From: an uncultured Verrucomicrobiae bacterium
GTDB taxonomy: Bacteria > Verrucomicrobiota > Verrucomicrobiia > Chthoniobacterales > JAATET01
NCBI GenBank assembly: GCA_963719495.1
Contig: CAVRCI010000002.1
Span: 576,001 to 640,000 of the forward strand
Reading direction: 5' to 3'
DNA: 64,000 nucleotides
Shown here: positions 11,096 to 22,300 of the stretch, piece by piece
Position numbering within the stretch: position 1 is the stretch's first letter
How the letters are laid out: each line of letters opens with the position of its first letter
The notes under the pieces: model-generated
Database searches by the model: none
What the model saw: the letters and a program-made list of their open reading frames with translations, nothing else
Told to the model about the DNA's origin: nothing
Translations under genes and position numbers: made by a program

Positions 11096-12022
11096 CTACA
11101 ATGCGGAGGTCCGGTCGCCAATCTGGCGGAGCCGACGAACGACCACGAGCAGAGCGAGTCCCCGATGACCATCAACGCGGTCACGCTGGGGGCTCCGGGA
11201 TTGCGGTGAGAGCGAGGCTGTGATTGTTAATCTGCTTGGCGCTAAGGCGCCATCAAAGAAGGCGACCTCGTCGAGGGTGATGTTGCTGAAAGCGTTGGTC
11301 ACGCCGGGGAGATTATTCGCGCCGATCTGCTTCGGGCTCGTGAAGTTCGAGAAAGTGGTGGCCTTGCCCAGCGTCCCGCCGGAATTGAAGGAGAGCGTCC
11401 GGGCCGCACCGTCGCTGTAACCGAGAACCTGGGTGGCATCCGTCGCTCCGGCCGACGAATACGTGAACGCGATCTGATGGTAATTGCCGTTGAACAGGCT
11501 GGTATCGGTAATGGTAGCCTCCCTTTGGCGGTTGCCGCTATCTCGGATGAACAAGGTAATTTTCCCGGTCGCCCCTTCGAGGCTGATACGGAGTGCGGTC
11601 TGGTCCGGCGAATCATTGAAAGTCCCCAAGGCCGCCCCGGTTGAACTGGTGCTGCCCCGGAAGACAAATTCGTAGGTTGATCCGTCGAGAATGCTGCCGA
11701 AGGAATTGAAGCCGCTCGGCGCCTGCACGTAGGAGTTCGTGCCGTTGAAGCTCACGGCAGTGTCGCTCGGAGCGCTATTGCTGTAACCCGCTTGTCCGAG
11801 AGACACGCCGCCAACGTAAGCGCCGGCGAGTGAATTGCCAGAAACGTCCGAAGCAGTCGTGCCACTCGCTTCGCCCAAGTGGTAGTAGAGGCTGGGCCCG
11901 TCGTTGATCAATGCAGTCTGGTAGGTGGTCGGAGCCGCCATCGCGAGCGTGGAGATGAGAAGGAATCCGAGACCGCCAAGGGTTCGGGTGAAAAATAACG
12001 ACTGAGGAGAAGGTGTTTTTAT
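11096..12022 (-). pseudogene. LamG-domain PEP-CTERM protein, degraded
   Basis: LYYHLGEASGTTASD...YHQIAFTY...LDEVAFFDGAL LamG pattern. The C-terminal IPEP.SVTALMVIGGLALLVVVRRLR is spread over three frames, and the probable start reads ATA AAA ACA (IKTP) instead of ATG. Confidence 0.7.
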
Positions 12023-12101
12023 CGCCGGGAACCATGCGCTCGCTTCAAGTCGACGACAGGGCGTGAAACATGCACGTCGTTGCGCCAAGCTCAATCGGAC
12101 C

Positions 12102-12212
12102 ATGGAGAATCCGAGCGGACGGAGCGTCACAATGCGGGACATCGCGCAAACGGCAGGAGTGCACCCTTCGACGGTCTCGCGCGCATTGCGCGACGACCCC
12201 GCCCTCCCGCGT
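12102..12212 (+). pseudogene. LacI-family regulator, HTH remnant only
   Basis: MENPSGRSVTMRDIAQTAGVHPSTVSRALRDDPALP, after which similarity ends abruptly. Confidence 0.75.
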
Positions 12213-12214
12213 GA

Positions 12215-12687
12215 CCGCTGTCGTGCAAACCAGCTCGACGCTCATTTTGCGGCGGAGATTTTGGGTGAAAAACGCCGGGGTCGTCAGCGCGGCGGATGCT
12301 CGGTCGTAAATTGATCGGGCCGTTTTGGGGCTGAGTAGCTCGCTGATTCAGAAATATCGCCGCAGCTCAAGGTGGGTCCAGTGGTAAGGGGGCTGCGAAT
12401 CGTGAACGGAACGGTCTCAGCCCACTTCTCGAATTTCGGAAGATTGTCGAAGTCGCCGGTGCGGAAGCGTTCGTCGACGCCGTTTGCCCGCATTGCCCGC
12501 CATTTGTAGTGATCGCCTGCGAGCCAGGTAGCGGAGGGATTGGCGAATCGGCGGTCGTTCGCAATGTCTTTGGCGGACAGGTGGCAGTGAAAATCAATGA
12601 GTGGATGCTTCGACGTAAAACCGTGATAGAGGAGTCGCGAAGTTTCGGATTCGAGGAAGAAATTTTCGTCGAGGACTAATCCGCCAT
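12215..12687 (-). pseudogene. uxaC: Uronate (glucuronate) isomerase, N-terminal remnant
   Basis: Manual translation: LDENF..LIDFHCHLSAKDIANDRRF..WLAGDHYKWRAMRANGVDE..KFEKWAETVPFTI..HWTHLELRRYF*..MSVELVCTT; contains stops and frameshifts and is truncated before the DDP motif. Confidence 0.88.
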
Positions 12688-12771
12688 TGGAGGCGTCGGA
12701 AGGGAAGTCGAAAAGTGAACGGCGGAAGTGAGCCTACTCGACTCATTGGAGATCGCCGTAAAGTTATGTAA

Positions 12772-13458
12772 TCAAGTCGTTAACGTTTTCGCCGAAAGAA
12801 TGCTTTCAGTTGAGATGCTCGGGCGAAGAAGCCCGACGAGACATCCGGCGATGAAGGTGCCCTGTGCTTCGCGGACGGTGTTGCGAAAATGCACGTGGTC
12901 GCAGTACATCTCCTCGTCGTCTCCTCGATTACGGGTGAATGCGAAGAGGTCGATCACCGGGACGTTTGCCTCGGCCATCGCGGTGTCGGCGCAAGTGTTG
13001 AAGGTGTCGACGTCCACGCAGAAGCGATGAAACGTCGCGTTTGGTCGGTTGTGGATGACTTCCGACACGGGCGTTGTTCGCACCCACACGAGACTGGTTT
13101 TTTGCTCCCGGCAAAGCCCGACGATCTGCTCGAGGTTGCGACGGTATTCGTCGAGTGGCACCTGTAGCGTCTTCGAGCCGAGTTCCCGTTTGATGTCGTG
13201 GAGTCCGCAATTGAGAAGCAGGACCGTTGGAGAGAAGTCGCCCGTGGCGAATCGCGCTTCGAGATAGGCCAGCGTTCGCCGCGAATCTCCGGCGTTGGCT
13301 CCCATCGGGTCATCCAGATTGAGGAGAGCTTCCGATTGCCCGCTCTTGCGGTCGTAGCGGCAGAATCCTCGCAGCGCTCTTTCGAGGGCCGACCCATAGT
13401 GGATGGAGATGCTGTCGCCGACGACGTAGATCAATGGCTGATCGGGATGCTGGCTCAT
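12772..13458 (-). CDS. SGNH/GDSL hydrolase
   Basis: VVGDSIS, LNCGLHD and DHVHF blocks. Confidence 0.88.
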   Translation of the reverse strand: MSQHPDQPLIYVVGDSISIHYGSALERALRGFCRYDRKSGQSEALLNLDDPMGANAGDSRRTLAYLEARFATGDFSPTVLLLNCGLHDIKRELGSKTLQVPLDEYRRNLEQIVGLCREQKTSLVWVRTTPVSEVIHNRPNATFHRFCVDVDTFNTCADTAMAEANVPVIDLFAFTRNRGDDEEMYCDHVHFRNTVREAQGTFIAGCLVGLLRPSISTESILSAKTLTT

Positions 13459-14891
13459 CTTTTATTCGCAGGTTCGATGCGTTTGATTTGAGGATCGGAA
13501 ATGGTCGGCAAAGCTTGCGGGGCGAAGACGGGGAGTGCGAGGCCGCGGGCGTCGGTGATGTTGCAGACGGGAGTGCAGCCGTAGCCGTAGGCGATCCGCG
13601 CGCCGGTGATCGTCGACGCCGTGTGGAGGCGGACCGTGCGACCGCGCAGAGTCGTGCGTCGGATCAGGGGAAGCTCTACGCCGTCGGAATCAATGACGGC
13701 GAACCCGTTGGGTTCGCCGGGCGCGGTGAGCGGGGGAATGGCGTGGCGGTAGGTGACGTCGATGACGAGGTGGGTGGGGCTGGCGGGGTCGGGAGCAAAC
13801 GATTTGGAGATGCGGTGAAGCGTTGGGGGCGGTGGGAGTCGGCGGGGGTTGGTTGTCAAGCGGGTGGCTTGGTCGGCGAGACGGTGGGCAAGCGTCGCGT
13901 GGGCGTCGGCGGCGAGGTGGATTTCGTCTTCGAGCGGGAGGTCGATCGCGGAGATCATTGCGAGGTCTGGAATGCGGTCGGGCAGCAGGCGCTGCTGGTC
14001 CTGAACGGAATTCCAACTGCTGATCTCGTCGGGGTCTCGGCGTCCGAAGCGCCGGGCAAGCTGGACCATGATCCACGGGAGACGCGGCTGGGCGAGGTCT
14101 CGGCGGAGCGAGGTGACGAGGCACCCCATACGAGTGGTGTAGGCGGGCGCGTCGTCGGGAGTTGCGTCGCTTTCTCCCTGATACCAGAGCACGCCGGCGA
14201 CGGGCTGGGCGGTGGCCTGGACGCTTTGGAGCATTGATCCGTACATCGAAGTCTCGCCGTCGATGAGGGGTTCGGGAGTCCATTGAGTGAGGCTGGTTCC
14301 GGCATGGGCGCAGCACACGAGCCCCTGGGGGACGCCCGTTCTCTCGAGCATCTCGCGGGCGAAGAAGAGCCCCGGGCCGGTGCCGATGACCGCTTGGCGG
14401 CGGCGGGTCCGGCTTTCCGCGGCGGAACATTGGGTCCCCCCGTGGTGGCAGACGTCGGGCGACTCGGCGAGGAGGTGCATGGGCTCGACGGCCCGGGTCC
14501 ATTCCCGCCGCATAGTGAACGCCCGAATCCGGGGATGGGGCGGGGCCGCGCCTGCAAGTAAGCCCCATCCTTCCATGTTGCTCTGTCCGGCGAGGATCCA
14601 GACTTCACCAACGAAGAAGCCGCGGACGGTGACGGTAGACGAGCCGTTCTCGAGACGAAGGTCGTAGGGTCCGCCGGTGGAAATCGGGTCGAGCCGAATA
14701 CTTGGATCAGCCGCGGGGCTCGCGAACGTCCAGGATTGCAAAACGGCGTGGCCGTCGAAAAGAGTTGCGATCAGCGAGCTAGAGGCGTCGATTCCGGTAA
14801 AATGAAGTTCGACCGAGGCTTCGCCCTGGCTGTCGCGCTGCAGCACTTGGCCATTGGCTAGACCGGCGTGGAGACGAAGACTGAGGGACAC
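13455..14891 (-). CDS. Sialate O-acetylesterase-like (SASA) carbohydrate esterase
   Basis: VGEVWILAGQSNMEG, GVLWYQGESD, DEIHL; GTG start at 14891 chosen because it follows the upstream stop; 4 bp overlap with the SGNH gene. Confidence 0.88.
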   Translation of the reverse strand: MSLSLRLHAGLANGQVLQRDSQGEASVELHFTGIDASSSLIATLFDGHAVLQSWTFASPAADPSIRLDPISTGGPYDLRLENGSSTVTVRGFFVGEVWILAGQSNMEGWGLLAGAAPPHPRIRAFTMRREWTRAVEPMHLLAESPDVCHHGGTQCSAAESRTRRRQAVIGTGPGLFFAREMLERTGVPQGLVCCAHAGTSLTQWTPEPLIDGETSMYGSMLQSVQATAQPVAGVLWYQGESDATPDDAPAYTTRMGCLVTSLRRDLAQPRLPWIMVQLARRFGRRDPDEISSWNSVQDQQRLLPDRIPDLAMISAIDLPLEDEIHLAADAHATLAHRLADQATRLTTNPRRLPPPPTLHRISKSFAPDPASPTHLVIDVTYRHAIPPLTAPGEPNGFAVIDSDGVELPLIRRTTLRGRTVRLHTASTITGARIAYGYGCTPVCNITDARGLALPVFAPQALPTISDPQIKRIEPANKR

Positions 14892-14892
14892 T

Positions 14893-17800
14893 TCAGTCGC
14901 GCGGGATCTGGAGCCATAGTTCGGTCGGTCCCTGCCAATCATTGCGGAGCGTGAGGGTCTGTTTGTAGAGGTCGTCGTCGCGGTCAAGTATCCGCAAGTT
15001 CACCGCGGCGGGGCCGTCGGTAGCGGATCGGTCGAAGCTGATGCGGTAAACGGTCTCGCCGTCACCGCGTCGCGCGTCGGCTCGGAATCCAGCGGGAAGG
15101 CCGCCGGGCGAATCGACCTTCATCCCGTCGGGTTCGATGGCGAGGGTGACGATTTTCGCGGGATCATCCACAGCGATCTGGATGGCGTCGGACTCGGCCA
15201 AGTTTTCGTCTTCGACGGAATGGCGGTCGTCGCGGACGCGGACGACGAGGCCGATGGTGGTGTCGTCGGTGGCAACCCAGAGCTTGGCCGAAAGGTCGTC
15301 GTCGCCGCCAAACCAGCGGTCGGAATCGGGGAAAGCTTCGTGGAAATTTTGTAACCGAATCGGGTTGAACGCGACGGTGGGATCGGTGGAACCCCACCGA
15401 TCGAATGGCACGTCCCAAAAGGATTCCTGTAGTGCGATGAAGGCTGGGAGTATCTCCAAGGCGGTGTCTGCTTTTGCGATGATCTGATCACCTTTTTGCA
15501 AAGTTGCCTCGATTCGCGCGGAGCCAGAGGCACCCGTGCTTTGCGCAGCAAGCAACTCGTCTGGTCCTCCCGTAAGCAGCTTCCATCCGTCCATGCCGGA
15601 AAGCACAAGGAATGCGATGCGGTTCTGTCCCGATTTCAATTTGATCTCGAAGGGGTGATCAGTGAGTGCGTAACCCGCGGTGTTACCACCTTCCATCGTG
15701 CTGTAGACTTCGGACCCGTCTACAAAAACTTGCATCCACCAATCAGCGGAAGAACCCACGCGGATGGTCTGATCTCGGGGACTATCGATCACGGCAGTGG
15801 CAACCGCGGCTTCCCGTTCGCCTCGCTCGTCGAAGAGCGGGGCAAAGTTGAGGACCTGATCGCGGAGGACCATCCGGCGACCCGCGATTGTTTGATCGTT
15901 TGCCGACGGCAGAGTCGTTGGGGCATCGGCGGCTTTGGTGATCGCGGCGAGGTCGACGCGCTCGGGATCGACACCCAAATAGACCTGCCATTGAACTGGC
16001 CACTCGATGCGCGCTTCCGGCGGAGCAACGGTGAGCGCGATGGCTTCCGTCGACTCGCTGGCCGCGGGGACGTTGACGGAGATCTCACTGCGGTCCAGCG
16101 AGACGCTATCCGTTCCGGAGGTGGTCAGGACGAGTGTGCCCGTGAGCGGGCTGGTGCCGGAATTCACGAGACGGGCAGTGAGGCGGTTGTCGGCTCCGGT
16201 GTTGACCTGAAGGCGGGAGGGGAGTTCGAGGACCGACGGCTTGGTTTTCAGCCCCGGAAGTTTGGCGGGGGACTGCCACTTCAAAAAGACCGGGTCGCTG
16301 CCGACGGTGACCGCCGCGGTGGTGGCGTCGATCATGGGAGCGGGCTGGGTATCCCCCATCATGTCGACGATCCGGGCATCGGCGGCGCCGGGTCCGAGGT
16401 CGACGTTCTGTGTCGTGATCGCTTCGTCTCCCGTCCAGAAGACGGCGGCTTTGCCGGGGCCGCTCGGTTGTTGAAAAAAGAAGCCCGTGCTGCCCGGGTG
16501 GGTGAGTTCGACGGGGGCGACGAAGCGGTGGTGACGGAGCGTGGCCACCATGGTGCGGTAGGCCAGAATGGACGGGCGGGGTTCGCTCACGTTCTGCGTC
16601 ATCGTGTAGTGCTTGTCCCCGTCGTCCATGCGGAGTCGGAAGTAGAAAAACGCGGGCATGCCGACGGATTGGGCGTAAGCCAATTTCTCGATTACGGTGC
16701 GAGCCTGTTCCCATTCCTGCGCTGGGTTCGAGGCAGCGACGCCGGATTCCGTGTCGACGAGGGGCCGCATCACTTGATCCGCCTCCTTGATCGCTTGGAG
16801 CATTCGCTCGTAGCCCTCGCGCTCGGCTCGAATCCCGGGGCCGTGAGCGTGGTAGGCCCACGCGTCGATCTTGTTGGGATTGATCGCCCGAATGATTTCT
16901 TCGGAGCGCTTCCTGCCGTCCTCCATGTGAAATGACAGGCCGCCATTCATGACGACGGCGGCAGGATTGCCGCGTTTGATCGCGTCGTAGTAGGTTTCGT
17001 AATCTTCGACGTAGGCACTGGTCGGACCGTCGTAGAAAAATCGAAGGTCGGGTTCATTGCCGATCTCGTAAAAGGTGATGCGGTCCTTGAACTTGGCGGA
17101 CATGCGTTCCAAATCCCCGGCCACTTTCGCAGTCTGGTCTCGACGCTGGTCGGGATCAGAATTCCAAGCGGGGGTAACCATCACCATTGCCTGGAGATTT
17201 TTCTCTCCAAGTTTGGCGAGGTCGGCTTCGATCGTGCCAAGTTGATGGGGAGCGCGTCCGAGGTCCCGGATGATGTCGGCGCCCATGAAATCGGCCCATT
17301 CCAGGTGAGCGGGTTCCGCCGTGGCCTTGCCGTAGATCACATCGAGGCCGTATAAAAAGTCGCCGGCAGCGACCGGAGCGATTGGATTCAAGTCGGAGAT
17401 GGCGAATGTCGTCGAGCGATCCACCAAGGGCGTGTCACTTCCCACGCGGGTGCCGCGGAAGATGAGTCGATAGATGCCGTGGGCGAGACCTTTCCCTTCA
17501 AAGCTGACGGGGACTCCAATTTTGCTGGTGCCCGGGACCTCTAATTCTCCTTCGCGGGTCCAAATCTCGCGACCGTCGAAGGCCTCTAGCCGGACCGAGT
17601 ATTGGACGGTCGTCGGGACTTTCGCGAGATTCTCGAACCGGTAGTCGAAAGTCGCCGATTCCTCGGGTGCGTAGACAAAAATGTTCTTCGCGGTCTCGAT
17701 GCCTCGGAACCGAAAAAGGCGGTTCCAATCGACGTCACCGGTGCGGGGAACAGCGCGCACCCAGAACGCACGGATGGCCGCATCGTTGGCGTAGGTGTTG

Positions 17801-18606
17801 ACTCGAAAATCATGGCCGTCGACCGGGAATTTTGCCGGGTCGCCGCCGTGGTCCCGCGCACCGAGGAAGGCGTTGTCGATGGACTTGTCGAGGAGTCGCC
17901 ATTTTTCGCTGCGGCCCCACTCGGTATCGACCTTTTTTCCGCCATCGACCGTGTCGACGTTGAGTTCGACGCCGGTGTCGAACGGCTGGCGGAAGACGGT
18001 CGAAACGTCGATCACGGGGAAGTTGCCGTTCCGGAGGCTGGCGTCGGTGAGATTGACGAAGAGCGAACGCGCCCAGGGTTGTTCTGCCGAATCCTGCCGG
18101 AGGATGATCGCGCCGGTGGCGTGGTCGCCGACGCGGACACCCTTGATGATGGAATTTTGGGACGAAAACTCCAGACCACGCGCGATATTCGGTTTGTCGA
18201 AGACGACGAAGCGGTCGTTGGGTCCAGCTAGGGCGAAGGGAACGCGGATCGGCTTGGACGCTTCGCCCGGCTGCTCGATTTGAAGAACGACGTCGTAGGC
18301 GCCATAGGGCCAATCGGCGGTGGGGATCTCGATATTGAGGAGGGTCTCTCCATTCCGCAAAGACATGGAGCCTTCCTGTGTGTGCACGACCTTGCCAACC
18401 CAGTTGACCGTCTTCGCTGTCCACTGGGTTTCGCCGGACTTGGTGGTGCTGACGTTCAGTCGCAGAGGAAGTTTGGCATTGGCGCCGAGCGGGATCACGC
18501 CCTGCTCAGGTGTCGGCCAATCAACTCGGTTCAACTCGATGTCGGCGGCTGACGCCAGAGTGGAGCACGTCAGGAATAGGGCAGCGAATAAGGTGATGGG
18601 TCTCAT
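14893..18606 (-). CDS. Large secreted multidomain clan GH-A (GH39-like) hydrolase with a C-terminal CBM9/DOMON-like domain
   Basis: Signal peptide; YEIGNEPD (acid/base), DAWAYHAHG, VDTESG (nucleophile), PRPSILAY; C-terminal DLSAKLWVA..VRVRDD..SDAIQIAVD. Confidence 0.7.
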   Translation of the reverse strand: MRPITLFAALFLTCSTLASAADIELNRVDWPTPEQGVIPLGANAKLPLRLNVSTTKSGETQWTAKTVNWVGKVVHTQEGSMSLRNGETLLNIEIPTADWPYGAYDVVLQIEQPGEASKPIRVPFALAGPNDRFVVFDKPNIARGLEFSSQNSIIKGVRVGDHATGAIILRQDSAEQPWARSLFVNLTDASLRNGNFPVIDVSTVFRQPFDTGVELNVDTVDGGKKVDTEWGRSEKWRLLDKSIDNAFLGARDHGGDPAKFPVDGHDFRVNTYANDAAIRAFWVRAVPRTGDVDWNRLFRFRGIETAKNIFVYAPEESATFDYRFENLAKVPTTVQYSVRLEAFDGREIWTREGELEVPGTSKIGVPVSFEGKGLAHGIYRLIFRGTRVGSDTPLVDRSTTFAISDLNPIAPVAAGDFLYGLDVIYGKATAEPAHLEWADFMGADIIRDLGRAPHQLGTIEADLAKLGEKNLQAMVMVTPAWNSDPDQRRDQTAKVAGDLERMSAKFKDRITFYEIGNEPDLRFFYDGPTSAYVEDYETYYDAIKRGNPAAVVMNGGLSFHMEDGRKRSEEIIRAINPNKIDAWAYHAHGPGIRAEREGYERMLQAIKEADQVMRPLVDTESGVAASNPAQEWEQARTVIEKLAYAQSVGMPAFFYFRLRMDDGDKHYTMTQNVSEPRPSILAYRTMVATLRHHRFVAPVELTHPGSTGFFFQQPSGPGKAAVFWTGDEAITTQNVDLGPGAADARIVDMMGDTQPAPMIDATTAAVTVGSDPVFLKWQSPAKLPGLKTKPSVLELPSRLQVNTGADNRLTARLVNSGTSPLTGTLVLTTSGTDSVSLDRSEISVNVPAASESTEAIALTVAPPEARIEWPVQWQVYLGVDPERVDLAAITKAADAPTTLPSANDQTIAGRRMVLRDQVLNFAPLFDERGEREAAVATAVIDSPRDQTIRVGSSADWWMQVFVDGSEVYSTMEGGNTAGYALTDHPFEIKLKSGQNRIAFLVLSGMDGWKLLTGGPDELLAAQSTGASGSARIEATLQKGDQIIAKADTALEILPAFIALQESFWDVPFDRWGSTDPTVAFNPIRLQNFHEAFPDSDRWFGGDDDLSAKLWVATDDTTIGLVVRVRDDRHSVEDENLAESDAIQIAVDDPAKIVTLAIEPDGMKVDSPGGLPAGFRADARRGDGETVYRISFDRSATDGPAAVNLRILDRDDDLYKQTLTLRNDWQGPTELWLQIPRD

Positions 18607-18707
18607 AAAAGTGCGGGCAGGAGGGCGATTGATTCACCCAACTGGCCGAGCGAGTAGGGTCAAAACGACGATTAGTCAGCGTCAGCTTGCCGGGCTTGTC
18701 CGAAGGA

Positions 18708-19391
18708 TTAATTGCCCTTGGCGGCTGGACGTTCCTTCCAGAGCCGAAGGCGCTCTTGGAACTCGGGTGGAAGGGTAAGTTGGCCGGAATAGGTGCTGAA
18801 GCGGTAGTTGTAGGTCGTCTGAATACTTCCGTTTTCGATGACTCGCACCGGCAGTCGGGTCCGCGCGTCGATCCACACCAGCGTTTTCTGCGGATCGTGA
18901 TCGTCGGGATTTGCCGTCTCCATCGGGACGGCGGCTCTGGTGCATTCGTGGTAGTGGCATTTGACGCCGCCGACGGGTTCAGTCCGGATAAACGTGTCGG
19001 GACCCAATTTCGGAATGTCGAAGGCAGGGATGGCGGATTCAGCTGGACGGGAAATCAGATAACCAGTCGGCCATTCGGATCGTCTCTCCATGACCAAGTC
19101 GTCCGCGATCCACGTCGTCAGCGTCTCTCCACTGGGATCAGTCCGCTTCATGTGGACCAGTCCACCGGATTTCTCGACGAGGATCTCTTTGCCAGCGGTG
19201 TCGGCGGTTGAGGCCTGGGGACTGTCAGGTGGGTATTCGACCTTTACCGTCCACTGACTCGGGTCAGGGGCGTCTTGAATGAACGGAGGGGCGGGGGCGG
19301 CTTCGTCGTCCGCGACTGCATTGCTCGCGAGGAGCGTAAATTGGGCAAACGTGAGAAACGCTGCCGGGGCGAAGCGAACGAATTTATTCAT
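18708..19391 (-). CDS. Secreted hypothetical protein, possibly LolA-like fold
   Basis: Signal peptide; VWIDARTRLPVRV..YNYRF..LTLPPEF; overlaps the stop of the cassette A gene. Confidence 0.55.
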   Translation of the reverse strand: MNKFVRFAPAAFLTFAQFTLLASNAVADDEAAPAPPFIQDAPDPSQWTVKVEYPPDSPQASTADTAGKEILVEKSGGLVHMKRTDPSGETLTTWIADDLVMERRSEWPTGYLISRPAESAIPAFDIPKLGPDTFIRTEPVGGVKCHYHECTRAAVPMETANPDDHDPQKTLVWIDARTRLPVRVIENGSIQTTYNYRFSTYSGQLTLPPEFQERLRLWKERPAAKGN

Positions 19392-22300
19392 AGACTAATT
19401 CCGTTTGGAGATCGACGACCTCTCCGGTGAAGCGGTCGATGGCGAGATGGACCCAGTAGCGTCGCTCGCCCTGCAGAGCGAAATCGGTGAGGGCGCCGCT
19501 CGGAGGGATCGTTCCGGCCTGAGCGATGATGTCGAACATCAGATTCCAGGTCCGGACGTTGGCGACATCCGCGAGAGCTCGCGCGGGCGCTTCGCGGTCA
19601 GCATTGATCCATGAAAGTTCGTCGCCCATTTTGCCGATGATGCGCGTCACGAGGTCCGCTTTATTAATCATCGGCCCGCCCTGAGCATCAGACCGATTAC
19701 TCACCACTGCCGCCGCGATTGCATCGATGGCGGTAAGGGGGAGAGGCTGTTTGGCGATCGGATTATCGTGGACTCCGGCAACGACAGCTTTGATGACCGC
19801 TGGGGGGGCGCTATTGAGATTGATCTTTCCAGCAGCGATCCGGGGTTCCGGGTTGACGCTAAACAGATCCAGAAGCGAGGCATCGGCGCTGAACTCGGAG
19901 AAAAAATCGAGAGTCTTCCAGGGAAGATCTCGTCCGGCGTAGCCAAGCTCGCCGACACTTGCGAGGTTGCGATTCAGAATGAGCGGTCGAGCCGAGTCGT
20001 CGCCGGCCTCCATCGGGTTGACGTTCTTATCGAAGTTCCCGTCTCCTGGGCGGGTCACGCTGTCTGCGTCCCGATAGATTGGATCTTCAGAAGAGCCGTT
20101 GCCGCGGTTCGTTGCGAAGTTCGAATAGCGAAGTCCGGCAGGAAATGTCGGGTTTGTGGCACCGAAACTATTTCCGCCCCCGGGCGCAAAAGTGCTGCTT
20201 CCGAGAAGCTTTGCCCAGGTGCCTTTTACCGTTGAGCTGTCCGGCAAGGATCCCGGCTGACGACTTTGATCGGGAACTCGGCTGGGAACTTCTCCTTCCG
20301 AGAGCCCGAAGCGGGTTGTTCTCGGATCAATTGTGGTCATCCCCTTAAACCAACTCGTCGGTCTCGTGGAATTCCCGGTCGCGTTCGTCGTGCTCTTTAC
20401 CGCACGGTACGCGACCCCCACCAGATCCTGATAGGTGCGCCAGCTCGATCCTACGGAGTATTCCAATGAGTAGGTGGGCGTCTGCGCATTTGGATATTCC
20501 GATAGATTGTTATAAAACTCGATGTTTTGGGGGACGCCGGTCCCTCCGTCGGTCGTGAGATCTGGTCCGGGAATTGCGGAGAGCGCCCCAAGAGTCGAGT
20601 TGGGCGATGTTGTGGAACTGTTTGTAACTCTCAGCATCGTGGGTTCGCGAAACTGAGATGCGCTCGATGGGAAGGAAATCGATACTCCGGTGGAGTCGTA
20701 AAAATACGGATTTCCATACTTCGGGCTTGGTCCTTCGATTCTCCGGATCGCGCCTACCCCATCGTGTGCGCGGACCCGAAACTGCGTTGGGCCATCGACC
20801 GCGGGTCCGCCGGCGCGGTGTGGGTTCCAGATCTCGACTGGAAAGTAAGCCCGCTGGCTCGTCGACGAGTTCCCGTTGTTGTCGCGATAGACGGCTGCGG
20901 CGATCTCGCTGATGTAAGGAAGATCCTCGGCCCCGTTGATTCTCTCCCGGATCCGTGCAGCGTTGGGGTAACTGCTGATCGGTCTGGCCGGATTTCCCGG
21001 ATCAGCAAACGGGAAGACAATTTCGATCGGGTAATTGTTCTCGTCCGCGAGATCGATGATGTTTGCGCCGATTTGAGCCACGTGGCGAAGGCGGCTTCCG
21101 TCGGTGTATTGCGTGTCGGTGTGGGTTCGATCAGTGGCAACCTGTCCGAGGGATTGCTCGTTGATCCCGGCGCGCAGGAGCTCAAAAAAGTCCGGTTGGC
21201 GATCGAGCGCGGCGACGTCTTCGAGGGTGGCAATATTACCCGTCGCAGTGCCCGCTTGCTCGTAGCGCCACACGTAGTCCCAGGGGTTGGATCCAGTCGA
21301 CTCGGGGACCAGGCCGAAATGCTCAGCGATCTCGGAGAGATGGGCAGCAGGATCGTTGAACCAGTCCAGCCGAGTCAGTGGGAATCGCTCGATGCGGAAC
21401 AGGGAACCGTCCGGCTTGCGAAGCGTGGCGATGGTCGGGTTAATGGAGGTAGGTGTGGTCGGGCCGAGCCATGAGCTCTCGTTGACCGCACGGGAAAACG
21501 TCGTGAAATACGGCAGGGCATCGTTGGGCAGTCCAACGGATTTGGCGTAATCGAGGAAATCCTGTCGTCCAACGAATCGATTTCCGGACGTGGTCCCGTT
21601 GTTAACCGGCGGTGTGAGGTAGCCCTTACCGGCCCATTCGAGCACGAAGTCCGAGAAGCTCGGTACTACCAAATTTTTGTAACGCCATCCCGAGAAAGTA
21701 TCCGATTGCGACGCTGTCATTGACCCGAGGCTTTCCAGCTTCGCAAAGATCAGGTTCCCCTTGGCGCCGACTTCCTCATCCGATGGTGCTGGTGCGCTCG
21801 ACGCGGGAAAGCCCGCGACATTTGCGTCGAGAAGTCCGCTGGTGTCGTAGACGACGTAGGCAACGCGACCGACCACGTCCGGCGCACTTGGGTTGGCGTT
21901 TGGGCCCTGCTCGGTCCAGTAGATCCAATTTGGCGGAGTGAATGAGGTGATTGCGGACGGCTCCATGAGGAGCGGTTTGTTCCACCGCTCCTTGGAGATT
22001 CCCCGGGCCGAAGGTGTCGCGGCTTCCGTTCCGACGGACGAAGACAACTGTGGACTCGGGATTGAAGAGAAGTCGTAGTAGCCGGGAAAACTGAAGCTCG
22101 CGGCACTCCGCCGGAGAAGAGCGGGAAACGTGGTTGCTTCGGCGGCGGTGGTGAATTTTGCCGGGAGCGCACCCGTCGCGTTGATCTTCGAGTTGCTTGC
22201 TCCGGCGGTAAATTTCGGAACGAAGACGGGTTCGGGGGAGTTGGGTTGGTCAATGGTCGAGCCCGCCGCGATTTCGTTTAAAAACTCCTGAACCAGCACG

